Assembly (NCBI GenBank): GCA_964016885.1
Contig: OZ024758.1
Location: 6,510,001 to 6,574,000 of the forward strand
Source of the DNA: Eledone cirrhosa
Taxonomy: Eukaryota
Direction: 5' to 3'
DNA: 64,000 nucleotides
Below are positions 44,243 through 56,149 of the stretch, piece after piece. The notes under the pieces are model-generated. The model saw only the letters and a list, made by a program, of their open reading frames with translations, did no database searches and was not told the origin of the DNA. Positions within the stretch are counted from its first letter, which is position 1. Every line of letters starts with the position of its first letter. Made by a program: the position numbers and the translations under genes.

Positions 44243-46197
44243 AAGAGGGGGCACGTGGCTTAGTGGTTAGGGCTTGCTCTGTTGTTACTCAAAATCATTT
44301 TCCCTCGAGACAGAATTTATCTGTAGTGAATAGATTATTTATATTTTTCAATTTAACACTGTCACTTGAAGATAGCTCACAAGCAAGATAATGTTACTCA
44401 CAGCCTATCATTTATAAATATAACTTTACACTTCACTAACCATCTCTATATAAACAAATTCTAACAGATTGTGACAGCGGATAAATAAGAAGGTTATAGA
44501 GAGGAAGAATCGACTACAGTATCAAGTTCTGGGTTCAAATCCCGTCGAGGTTAACTTTGTCTTTCATCCTTACAGGGTCGATAAAATAAAGTACCAGTAA
44601 TGCGCTGGGATAATTGCTGGCCTTGTGCCAAAAGTAGAAACAATATTATTATCTTATGTTTTTTTTATCACCAATACGAGACTAAGAAATAAATTAAAAC
44701 CATGATCACCCTAACATATTTAGAGTCAATAGGGTGGTGCCCCAGCATGGCCTCAGCCGAGTGGCTGGAACAAGTAAAAGAGTATAAAATAGTAAGAGTA
44801 ATAGAAAACCAGTGTAGTAAAAGCCAAGGCACAAGTATATAGAAATGAATTATTGGAGGGTCTTACTTGTCAAAAATCCCTTAGCACTGAGAGGCTTGTA
44901 TAGTATGTATGAAAGAATTTAAGGCCATATAAATTTTGTAAATAAATTATTTCCGTTGAAAGCTTATTTACATATAGTGCAAACCTGAATAGTTATTATT
45001 AGTTGATGATAGTACTAACATGGCGTGATTCAGAATAAAACGTAAATGAATCTCTATACAATATGTTTCTGTATAATAAACATACACTTATTCAACAGAA
45101 GCAGTTACGTTCTTACACCGAGATACCAAGGTATGAAAGAGATGACATCAGAGATTGAGGTGATCGGAAGTTACCGATTGGGTGAAAGTTTTATTTGAGG
45201 AATATTCATGAAGATCTATCTAATCTAATCTGGCCGAGTTTAAGAAAGAACAAGAAGAACCAGGGCCTCCCCTAGGAGCATTGGATTTGGTGTACTTCAT
45301 ATTTGTTTCGGTTGCTAAATACAATCAGAGGTCGCTGCTTCTCCTGAAGGTCAATAGTTCTCTTCTAACTCGAGCGGCAGCACCTTTCCATTGTCAATTT
45401 GCATTGATCACCTGCGAAGCCGCATTGTTCTCAGAACCACTACACCAGTCTTTCGATGCAGCTGGAACTACTGCCATCCATTTATTTGGCAGGATTTTTT
45501 TTCTTAGATGGCTGTTGATTCTTATGAGTTCTTTCACCCTTTGTCAGGTTTTGTTTTTTGTCGAGGAGTGGCTGTTTTAGCCTTCTCCGTCTTGTCAGCC
45601 GGGGTTCAGAGGCGGAGGGCAAGTTAGTTGTTGGGGGAGGATACTCGTTGCCAGCCTAATATAGTGACAAAATATCCAAAAAAGCTGGAGTTTATCTGAA
45701 AACAAAAACACAGGGAAAAATAACATCTATTTCTTTCTGTTTTGGTTCTATCCTTGGTTCTATCCTAATATATGTCAACGGTGACTGTCAAGAGAGTAGT
45801 GTGAAACTAAATCAATCAAGATAATTTAATTAGATCTAATAAAATAATTAATGCAAGAATCGTAGCACTAAAATACAATGAAATTTAGCATCAATGGTAA
45901 TTAAACCTTCAGCAACATACTATAATACCATACTTGAACATTTTATAGTCGAATCTTATAGTCGATTAATGGTTTTATGATGGACAATTGAATCATTATA
46001 TATTATTGCTTGGCGGCGAATTTGTAGAGCCGTTAGAACGTCAGATAGAATGCCTTGTAGTATTCTTTATGGCTCTCTGCTTTCTAAGTTCAAATCCTGC
46101 CGAGGTCAACTTTGCCTTTCAATCATCCAAGGTTGATAAAAAAAAAAAGAACCAGTATATTACTGGGGTCGATTCTTCCTTTATATTTCTTTCTAGT

Positions 46198-46228
<31 letters not shown>

Positions 46229-46662
46229 TTCTCTCTATATATATATATATATTTCTGAAGACAGCATATATATGTGAAGGTATGTATATTTCCTCTGATA
46301 GTTTGTAACATTTTTACATAGATCTATATGATATACATAGCAACACACATATATATCCTAGAAACGATCGTAAAATGATGAATTTTTTAATATAAGGAAC
46401 TTGATCTTTGTTTTTATTCATTGTTTTTATTAATTTATATATATATATATATAAATGGAAGATTAGTAAAATCGAAGTTTCGGCTGTAGCCAAGCCAACG
46501 AGATACAATGAGGAATTGTGCAGCCAAGCACTCAATGAGGAATCTCAGAGTAATAAAATTCGTTAGACGGCATGACAAATTGAAAACTGTGGCAGGCAAG
46601 CCCAGTCACGACACCGAAGCAACGAGAAAACCAACAGGTTAATAAAAATATATATATATATA

Positions 46663-47020
46663 AAGAAAAAGAGAGGAAATCGAAAATGCAACTGGAGTCT
46701 TATTTTTTTTTTTTAAATATATATATTTATTTGGTTCCTTGACCGGTTTCGCAGTACTTCTGCTTTTCAAAAGGTGAGTTGAGATGGAGGGTCTGGGGTT
46801 TTTCTCACATCTATGAGAAAAACCACAGACCCTCCATCTCAACTCACCTTTTGAAAAGCAGAAGAACTGCGAAACCGGTAAAGGAACCAAATAAATATAT
46901 ATATATTTTTTTTTTTTAAATAAGACTCCAGTTGCATTTTCGATTTCATCACTTTTTCTTTATACTTTCACTCGTGTAGGACACCTCGGTTATTTTTCAT
47001 TTTGTAAAAAAAAAACTCAC

Positions 47021-47026
<6 letters not shown>
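46663..47026 (+). mobile_element. Family C fold-back cassette with variant hammerhead core; relatives at 39646-39722 and 40040-40170
   Basis: Arms of about 150 bp centred near 46812. CCUU-UUGAAAA-GCAG/CUGC-GAAAC-CG-GUA-AAGG followed by AATAAA. Confidence 0.7.
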
Positions 47027-47089
<63 letters not shown>

Positions 47090-47126
47090 CAGCCCATCCC
47101 TTAAATCTGTTTTATTTCTCATTCTT

Positions 47127-47162
47127 TCTTCTGGTGAAGGACTAGCGTCCGAAACGTTAAGA
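47127..47162 (+). ncRNA. Hammerhead of the same family as 49264, core mutated (CUGGUGA)
   Basis: UCUU-CUGGUGA-A-GGAC(UAGC)GUCC-GAAAC-GUU-AAGA. The cassette 47088-47238 is homologous to 49220-49388 and is flanked by (TA)n. Confidence 0.7.
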
Positions 47163-47235
47163 CCCTCTTCCTGCTCTATCAAGCGTTAACCTAATATATC
47201 CCTTCCATATTGTGTTGTTTTTTCTGTTTACCTTT

Positions 47236-47298
<63 letters not shown>

Positions 47299-47423
47299 GT
47301 GTGTGTGTGTGTGTTAGGTGTGTAACTACAGTTACAGGCGGTGCACTGTTCCAGCCACTCAATGTTATTATGAGGTTCATCTCGTGTTGGGTTGTATTCC
47401 AGAGTTAAGGCACATATAAACTC

Positions 47424-47513
47424 GCATATCTGAGGAGATGTCGAAGAAGAGTCGGGTCCCGGTCATTATGATTGTACCCTGAGCTGATCGATATTGAAAC
47501 AATTGTAATATGC
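47424..47513 (+). ncRNA. Type I hammerhead ribozyme with extended stem II
   Basis: Stem I GCAUAU/AUAUGC, CUGAGGA at 47430, stem II GAUGUCGA/UCGAUAUU, GAAAC-AAUU-GUA, then AATAAA and (TA)n. Confidence 0.85.
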
Positions 47514-47523
47514 AAATAAAGTT

Positions 47524-47682
<159 letters not shown>

Positions 47683-47801
47683 GTGTATAAATATATATAT
47701 ATGTGTGTGTGTGTGTGTGGTGTATAAATATATATATATATGTGTGTGTGTGTGTGGTGTATAAATATATATATATATGTGTGTGTGTGTGTGGTGTATA
47801 A

Positions 47802-47844
<43 letters not shown>

Positions 47845-47852
47845 GTGTATAA

Positions 47853-47889
<37 letters not shown>

Positions 47890-48708
47890 GTGTATAAATA
47901 TATATATATATATATATATGTGTCTGTGTGTGTGGTGTATAAATATATATATATATATGTCCTTCTCTGTAAGAAATTTGATGTGTTCAGACCTGGGGGG
48001 GAGATGGGCTCCACCGGGTTAAAATAAATGCCAAGGAAACGCCATATGCCACTACAGTACCCCTACGACTCCAGCAAGTGTTACCATACCATATTATTAC
48101 TTACATAGATTCAAGGCCAAAGGTTTGAGGGACGGGAATCAGTCGATTATATCGAACCCGCTGCTTAACAGGTACTTATTTTATCGACCCCGTGGGTTTG
48201 AAAGGTGAGCTTGACCTTAGCGTGTTTGAACTCTGAACGTAAATAACCGAAACACATATCGATATTCCAACGAATCGATCAATCCACTGTCCTTGTACCG
48301 CTATAGATTACATTAGCGAACAAAACAAAATGCTGATGTTTTGAAAGTTAAACGAAAGGGTTCCAAATATACCCCCAATACCCCTTTACATACTGATCTA
48401 TCCAGCCAGGAGCTGACATTAGGGACCACAATAATACTTTAGAATTTAGACTTATTTTGGGAAATGTTTGAACTGCTGAGTCTAGAAGTGGATCGGATTT
48501 GTTCTGTCAGCTTTAGTTAATAAGTGATCAATATTAATGCTATTAATATATTACATGTTATTAAGTCAACCATATATAACTAAATCAGTTTATTTCAGCA
48601 CAAAAGAAGAGAAATTGTTACGTTAGAATCTATAGTAACTTTAAAATAAACATAACACATAATATGAACAGTCTTCCTGAAGGTTCCAGCAGCAATCTGC
48701 CGCCTTCA

Positions 48709-48743
<35 letters not shown>

Positions 48744-48746
<3 letters not shown>

Positions 48747-48934
48747 TGAGATTCTACAGGACTAGAACTGTTTCATTCTTTAGAAATCATCAGGAATCAG
48801 CGATTCCTGATGATTTCTAAAGAATGAAACAGTTCTAGTCCTGTAGAATCTCATCTATATTAAAACTTTTATACTCTGCAATGTATTGAGTACCTTACTT
48901 ACTGTGGTTACCTCCGATTCAACCCGGAATAACG
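48744..48934 (+). mobile_element. PLE-end fold-back cassette with hammerheads on both strands (family A)
   Basis: Perfect inverted repeat 48744-48798 / 48802-48856. HHR at 48802-48850 reads GAUUC-CUGAUGA-U-UUC/GAA-U-GAAACAG...CU-GUA-GAAUC. A unique tail then runs into (TA)n. Confidence 0.85.
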
Positions 48935-49024
48935 TATATATATATATATATATATATATGTGTCCCAAGGCTCTGATACCATCAACACTATAAACACAGA
49001 GCTGGCATATCTAAGAACTGACTA

Positions 49025-49080
49025 ACTGCCTGATGAGGTCATAGCCATTCAATGGCTATCATCGAAATATATATAGCAGT
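49025..49080 (+). ncRNA. Type I hammerhead ribozyme
   Basis: Stem I ACUGC/GCAGU, CUGAUGA at 49030, stem II GGU-AUAGCCAU/AUGGCUAU-AUC, GAAA at 49064, stem III (UA)n, AUA triplet, followed by AATAAA. Confidence 0.88.
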
Positions 49081-49121
49081 AAATAAAGGATTATGAGTTC
49101 ATGCAATTGACTTATGTTTCG

Positions 49122-49163
<42 letters not shown>

Positions 49164-49263
49164 GGCAGAATTGCTGCTGGAATGGACCCGTTATTTTTAT
49201 TTAAAGACATTTTTTCCAATTCCATCCCGTCCGTCCCCGCAATCTATCTTATTTCTCTTTCTT

Positions 49264-49299
49264 TCTTCTGATGAAGGAGTAGCGTCCGAAACGTTAAGA
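49264..49299 (+). ncRNA. Minimal type I hammerhead (PLE-type GAAACGUU)
   Basis: UCUU-CUGAUGA-A-GGA...UCC-GAAAC-GUU-AAGA, within a roughly 170-bp cassette (49220-49388) ending in (TA)n. Confidence 0.8.
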
Positions 49300-49383
49300 C
49301 CCTCTTCCTGCTATTTCAAGCGTTAACCTAATATATTCCTTCCATATACTGTATCGATTGTGTTGTTGTTTCTGTTTACCTTT

Positions 49384-49460
<77 letters not shown>

Positions 49461-49613
49461 AAATCTGAGAGATCTTTGGTACAGTTAGGTATATTTGAAA
49501 AAAAGGAAAAGAATGACTTCACTTGTAGTGTTAAATAATTTGGTTTAATTTTATAATATTATAAAATTAAATCAAATTATTTAACACTCTCTCTCTCTCT
49601 CTCTCTCTCTTTC

Positions 49614-49707
<94 letters not shown>

Positions 49708-50231
49708 GAAGTTGGAAATAGCACGGAAAATATATTTAAGGGTCTTTTTTTTTTTAAATATGAGAGAGTCTTGTATCTATGTTAGAAACTGACCCTCTCT
49801 CTATTGGCAAACATTCGTGAAATTATAAAACCAGAACATACATACATACACTTGGATTTGAGGACAAAGAGCGCAGCTCCCTTATTCATAGTCTACAAAT
49901 GGCTGCGATAGCTGGCACCTTCAAAATTTGCAAAACATTCTTGCGATTCAAGGGATGACAATTTCTTTTCTTTTACAACCTTGCCACCAGGAAGATGGCC
50001 GGTCAAAAAATATACTTGAAATTAAGAGAAAGAAATAACATACATATATACTAAGAATTATGCCACCGTTGAAGTGATATGTAGTGATGCCTATATGTCT
50101 AATATGTACATGAGCATCAGTGTTTCTGTGCGTGAATGTTATGCTAAAAGAGGGAAGATGTGTCTCTTTGTGTTCTCCTGTGTATAAATTCTTTATCAAT
50201 TTGATTTATTATTCCAAATTTTCTTTGACAG

Positions 50232-50447
50232 CAAAAATTCAAGAGAGAATTTCTTCTTCTCTGCAAAGTAAATTGGAGACGAAAAACTAAAAGAGATATG
50301 ATATCTATGGAATATTTTGACGGCGTACAACATACAGGAAAATTCAGTATTACAGCTAATGGCAACAAAAGCAGATTACTTAATGAAAGATCCAGCCAGA
50401 ATCAGCTTTCTTCTGAAACTTACTGCACAGAAGAAAGTATGGTATAA
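50232..50447 (+). CDS. Same GPCR, terminal coding exon (helix 8 and C-tail)
   Basis: ttctttgacAG acceptor, phase 0. Encodes QKFKREFLLLCKVNWRRKTKRDMISMEYFDGVQHTGKFSITANGNKSRLLNERSSQNQLSSETYCTEESMV then TAA. N-x-KFKREF is a typical helix 8. Several AATAAA follow at about 50577-50726. Confidence 0.9.
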   Translation, partial: QKFKREFLLLCKVNWRRKTKRDMISMEYFDGVQHTGKFSITANGNKSRLLNERSSQNQLSSETYCTEESMV

Positions 50448-50799
50448 AATCTAATGCAAATATGAGATGAACAGAGAAATATGGACAGAAATATTCGCCA
50501 AAAGGCGCTCTAACATAATACGACACACAATAGACCAATTATATTTGTTATCACAATATTTATCGATGTTTGTTCATAATAAATTAATTATATTTTGGTG
50601 AGAATAATCCATACAAATCGTAACAATAAACAATCCTAAACAAGTAAACTGTTGCAGTTACTTTGTCCAATAAGAATTCGGTTAGAATAAATTAGAATAA
50701 CTTGTAATAGATTCGTTTAAAATAAATCATTAAAAAATATCAAAAGCTCATATATAATTAGTAAAAACGAATAAATAATTGATTAGTATAAGATACCAA

Positions 50800-50947
50800 T
50801 GTATAAAGGAATAATTTACATGCTTACGTTGCTTTTTTTTAGAAATAAAATTGATATTGTGAAAGAAATCAAATTATGATTTCTTTCACAATATCAATTT
50901 TATTTCTAAAAAAAGCAACGTAAGCATGTAAATTATTCCTTTATACA
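50800..50947. repeat. Near-perfect ~72-bp inverted repeat downstream of the GPCR stop
   Basis: Arms 50800-50871 and 50877-50947, 5-nt loop, one indel in a T run. Confidence 0.85.
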
Positions 50948-51487
50948 AGAACATATACATTACAAAAATGAATCACTTCGTGTTTTGATTTCTACTGATT
51001 TAGATTTTATTTAATTGTAATCAACCAATGCTTTCAATGTACGCATTTTTAATAATGATTATAATTATATTATATATTTATATGAAAACAAGTTAGAAAT
51101 TATATTCATGTCTCGGTATGTATTGGACATTGTCTAACAGAATTCATGTTCATTTCCTCTGAAGAAGATTAAATTGTGTTACTGTGTATTGTTACTTGAT
51201 AATTTATACCTCCGTTCAACTTCTTTAAATGTTACTAAATATTTTCTGTGACTTCCGACAATTTTGTCTCCCTTCCATCGTTGTCAACATGGCGGTGGTA
51301 TCATCGAAAGAGAATAGTTTTAACAAATATTTTAGTTAGTTTAAATAGTTTAGTTGCCTTTGACAATGCTGGATTATTATTATCATTATATTTCCAATGA
51401 TAAATATATTTTATTTTCATTCATGTCTTATTATTTCATCGTCCATACATGCATTAAAATATATTGAAATGTTCGAATGTATGTATG

Positions 51488-51518
<31 letters not shown>

Positions 51519-51519
<1 letters not shown>

Positions 51520-51960
51520 CGATATTAAACAAATGGAAACTATATTTATAAAACCATATTTATTTCGTTATATATATTTCTGGGATATCACATTAAAAAT
51601 ATGGTATGCCTTCCTCAGACAAAATACAATATACAAGCTGTTTTATAAATAATTTTGACATACCTTAGAATAATGCAACTTCCATTTAAAATCAACTTTT
51701 TAAATGGAAGTTGCATTATTCTAAGGTATGTCAAAATTATTTATAAAACAGCTTGTATATTGTATTTTGTCTGAGGAAGGCATACCATATTTTTAATATG
51801 ATATCCCAGAAATATATATAACGAAATAAATATGGTTTTATAAATATAGTTTCCATTTGTTTAATATCGTAAACCTACTCCAAAAACTGTTGAGTGCTTT
51901 TATATCAGTTATAAAATATTTACTCGTTGTAACCCAACAATTTTAAATAAATCTTTTGCA
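51519..51960 (+). mobile_element. Near-perfect 2 x ~173-bp fold-back PLE cassette with hammerheads at 51763-51828 (+) and 51561-51626 (-)
   Basis: Arms 51519-51691 and 51698-51870. HHR reads UAUUUUGU-CUGAGGA...GAAA-UAUAU-AUA-ACGAAAUA. Tail with TTGAGTGC; (TA)n flanks. Confidence 0.85.
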
Positions 51961-51980
51961 TATATATATATATATATATT

Positions 51981-52161
51981 TAGGAACGAGTAGGACCCCG
52001 ACGGCTGAGCTCAAGCCGTTTCGGTCGGATCTAGCTGTCGAAACGGCCGGAGCTCAGCCGTCGGGGACCTAACTCTTTTCCTATTACCTACTCTACTACT
52101 CTAAGTATTGAGTACTCTGGTGCACTATGGTCCACCTGGTTTCTTACTACATTTTCTTTGT

Positions 52162-52162
<1 letters not shown>
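51981..52162 (+). mobile_element. Family B cassette (inverted arm plus full 3' tail)
   Basis: Same arm sequence as 16591. Tail contains ttgagtac and ends in (TA)n. Confidence 0.7.
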
Positions 52163-52192
<30 letters not shown>

Positions 52193-52565
52193 ATGCATAT
52201 ATTATAAGTGTATATATACATATATACTTATATATATGTATATATATATATATATACATACATTGACATATACATTTAAAGAGAGGGGGAAAGAGAGAGA
52301 GAGAATGATAATATATGTATATTTGCATGTATGTATGCATATATATATATATATGTATGTATGTGTATATATGTATGCATGTATATATGTATGCATGTAT
52401 ATATGTATGTATATATGTATGGATGTATATATGTATGTATGCATGTATGCATGTATGTATGTATATATATTGACTTGTTCTTTTTGGTATCCTTACGGGG
52501 TCGATGAAATAAAGTACCAGTAATGCACTGGGTAATTGCTGGCCTTGTGCCTAAAGTAGAAACAA

Positions 52566-53062
52566 TTATCTTGGTTAAGAGAGTGGGACTGGCTTAGTGC
52601 AGTGCCTTTGCTCACTATAAAAGCTTCACGGCACAGGCATTGCTTTATATCTGGAGATCTCTCTGTACTTGTCGTCACATGGTACCATGGGCCTAGCACT
52701 ATGTGTCAATAATTGTCACAAGTGTAGTGTTTGTACCAGAGTTTTCAAGTCGCTGGCTGGACTAAAAAGTCACACTCGTTCAGCGCATCGGTAGGAGTTC
52801 TCCTACATGGATATAAAGTAGTGGCCGTACTCGAAAACGAGTTGGCAGCCACCATGTATATATATATGTATGCTATTCATCATGCTTGCCAAGCATGTGG
52901 TAGAGAATGTAAATCAGCAGGAGGGCTCAAACGACATACAAAAGTACATGAACTCCAACCATAGCCGGCTATTCCCAGTGAATGTTTTGGTTGCTGACTC
53001 TGTGCAAGACATTTTAGATCATTGGCTGGGCTAAAAAGCCACATTCGATCGCAGCGCTGTTA
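52566..53062 (+). mobile_element. RTE-type 3' ends, including decayed C2H2-like fingers; inverted copy at 58390-58676 and fragment at 22793-22850
   Basis: gccgtactcgaaaacgagttggcagccaccatgtat plus a (TATG)n tail. CQACGRECKSAGGLKRH and [16 protein letters not shown] resemble BovB-like ORF2 ends. Confidence 0.65.
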
Positions 53063-53098
53063 GTTGCTATCGTGTGTGTGTGTGTATAGATATGTTTA

Positions 53099-53129
<31 letters not shown>

Positions 53130-53381
53130 GTGTATATTATTATTGTTGTTGTCGTTATTATTATTGTTGTTATTATTATTATTATTGTTATTAATATATA
53201 TGTGTATATATATTTTTTTTTTCGTGCAATGGCCATACTCGATAACGAGGAGGCAGCCATCATCATATATGTATGTATATATGCATGTATGTATGTCTGT
53301 ATGCATGTATGTATGTATGTATGTATGCATGTATATATATGTATGTATATATGTATGTATATATGTGTGTATGTATGTATG

Positions 53382-53442
<61 letters not shown>

Positions 53443-53567
53443 GTATATATGTATATATATTTATACACCTGAAAAGCTGCAAGTTCGAAGCCACTGCCAC
53501 GATTTTCTTCGAAATATAACACCTCTTCAATTCTCATGTGTATTGAATACACATTTAGTTATTGCAC

Positions 53568-53629
<62 letters not shown>

Positions 53630-54538
53630 ATATGTGTGCATGTTTGAGTGTATCTATGTGTGTGTGTACGTGTATGTGTGTGCATGTGCGTGTGAATGTA
53701 TGTATGTGTGTGTATATGTGTACGTGTATGTATGTGTATGTCTGTGTGTGAATAGCAGAATCGGTAGAGCGATAAAGAAGATGCATTGATATAAGAAAAG
53801 TTTTCACCCAGATATACTGTGTTTCTTGAATCATATTTAAACCAGGCGGAGCCCATCACCTCACCAGGGTTGAATACAGCAGGTTTTGTTCCAGAGAAGA
53901 TAGAGAGTGAGATGAAGGAAGTGAGGGAGAGATATTAGACGAAGAATCGACCCCAGTATCAGACTGCTATTTTTTATCGACCTCGAATGAATAAAAGGCA
54001 AAATTGACCTCGACGGGATTTGAACTGAGATAGCAGGGAGACGGAACGAATACTTTAAAGCATTCTATCCGACGTTAGAACGACACAACTAATTCACTGC
54101 CCTACATTATGTCATGAAGGAGGTTTATATGCTGTTTTTGCAGATCAAACAATCACAAACATGTTTTTCCTTGTCTTGACTTGATGATCTTGTTCAAATA
54201 CGTAGCACTCAAATAGTGTGGTCGCTAAATAAACTATATCATTGAACTTAAAAGAATACAATCATTCTTCTTTATGTTTGTGTGTATTTATGTGTTAACA
54301 CATACCCATTGTTGTTTGAATATGTATATCTATTTTTGTTTTTTGCTACAAACCAAGTTGTATCACAAAGAATTTAATGTTCAGATGATTGATTATACAG
54401 ATGAAGTGTAAATTTCAATAAAAATTGTATTCTAAATATTGTATTAATTAAAATTGATTAACAAATATTGGAAATATAACTTTGAGTACGAACAAATAAC
54501 AAATAATGTAAAATACACTAGCTGACGCCAACTACTAA

Positions 54539-54562
54539 AGATCAATATGTTTTATTTGTAAG

Positions 54563-54600
<38 letters not shown>

Positions 54601-54625
54601 CTTACAAATAAAACATATTGATCTA
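54539..54625. repeat. Short inverted repeat centred on (TA)n
   Basis: agatcaatatgttttatttgtaagt-(TA)n-acttacaaataaaacatattgatct. Confidence 0.8.
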
Positions 54626-54633
54626 TATATATA

Positions 54634-54760
54634 TATCGGGGGTAAATATAGTTTAAAAGGGGTACTCAATGCGTTGATAGAGTATAAACATCTCATATAT
54701 AGAAATGATTTCTACGGGGCTAGAAATGTTTCATTCGGGAGAAATCATCAAGAAGCCATT

Positions 54761-54768
<8 letters not shown>
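54634..54768 (-). mobile_element. Family A cassette with long stem I
   Basis: Minus strand reads UAUAGAAAUGGCUUC-UUGAUGA-UUUCUCCCGAAU-GAAAC...GUA-GAAAUCAUUUCUAUA. The tail contains TTGAGTAC. Confidence 0.7.
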
Positions 54769-54829
<61 letters not shown>

Positions 54830-55381
54830 CGAGGAATTTGTTTTGCAAGGTTTTTGATATGAAATCGTGTGTTGAAACAAATGTTACAATGGGAGGAAAT
54901 ATAATAGTACCACTGATGATGTCGCAGATGTGTGACGAAAGAATTTTGATAGACTATGTATATATTTATATCTGTATTTTTAACCGTTGGTCAATCAATG
55001 ATAAACATTGATTGCCAAATAAATTAACTATGGATATATAAAAGATACAGAAGCGAAAACCAACCAAACAATGAGTGCGTTCTATTATTATTTCTGGCAA
55101 TATTACAACAATATGACCCTCCCCAAGTATAACAATATATATATATATAGAGAGAGATATATAGATATAGATATATATATATACATACATGTATTAAGTT
55201 TTAGTATGTGTATATTTATATATATATATATGACAGTCGATCGACTTTCGTCAAGTCGGACAATGTTTCCGTTGGTCTTTCCAATTGCTAATACTATTTA
55301 TCGGTCGCACACACACATACACACATGTATATCCATTTTGGTGTAGAACGGAACAAAGTAGAGACACAAAATAAAAACCTA

Positions 55382-55424
55382 GTCACTGAAGAGGTCACAG
55401 AATGTGTGACGAAAGAGCTTTGAC
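55382..55424 (+). ncRNA. Minimal hammerhead; relatives at 54910-54950 (+) and 20314-20354 (-)
   Basis: GUCA-CUGAAGA-G-GUCACA/UGUGAC-GAAA-GAG-CUU-UGAC. The two other copies keep the GUC(A/G)C/GUGAC stem and the CUGANGA and GAAA cores. Confidence 0.72.
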
Positions 55425-55602
55425 AATATATAAACAACCTTCCGGTTATCAAACCAGCCAGCCAACCGGAAATTTATAATAAATTGAAGTGAAAACCAAC
55501 AGGTGCGGGTGTTTTTATTGGCAACATGACCCTCCCAAAGTATAACTATATATATATATGTATGTATGTATGTGTATATATATATATATATGTATGTATG
55601 TG

Positions 55603-55681
<79 letters not shown>

Positions 55682-56149
55682 CTATGAATGTATATATCAA
55701 CAGTTTGAGTCAGAGATGTAATACTTGAAGTTTCACAGTCGAGCGAGAAAGCCTATCTATTCGAAAGCTTTCTTCTGAGAATTAAATCAATCATAAATTC
55801 TTGATAAAGCTGTTTGTCAGTGAATGATGGAAGCGCCAATAATTCCAAGTAATTATTCTGCTGACAGCTGTTTACTTCCTCGTGTAACATTAAGCCAGCT
55901 GACTTGCTGTTTTGAATTTCAAAGATTTCAATCTTCTCTCAGATTCAGTTTCTCGATGATCATCAATAAATCTCAAAAGCAATCATTAAAAGTTGTTGGA
56001 ATTAGACTCCAGTTCTAACACTTTCTTCCAGCACAAAGACATCCATAAATATACATGATGTAATGGGAATCGGAGACAGATATCAATAGTTGTTTTTGTT
56101 ACTGTCTCTGATCTCTTTGATTCTGTGCTAAGAGAAGGACTGAGCTGTT

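Noticed and set aside
45540-45660. Possible HDV-like ribozyme in an RTE-like 5' UTR on the minus strand
   Set aside because: I could not assemble the nested double pseudoknot by eye; it needs a descriptor search.
52870-53062. C2H2 zinc-finger gene
   Set aside because: Interrupted by stops and embedded among RTE-type 3' ends, so more likely a LINE ORF2 tail.
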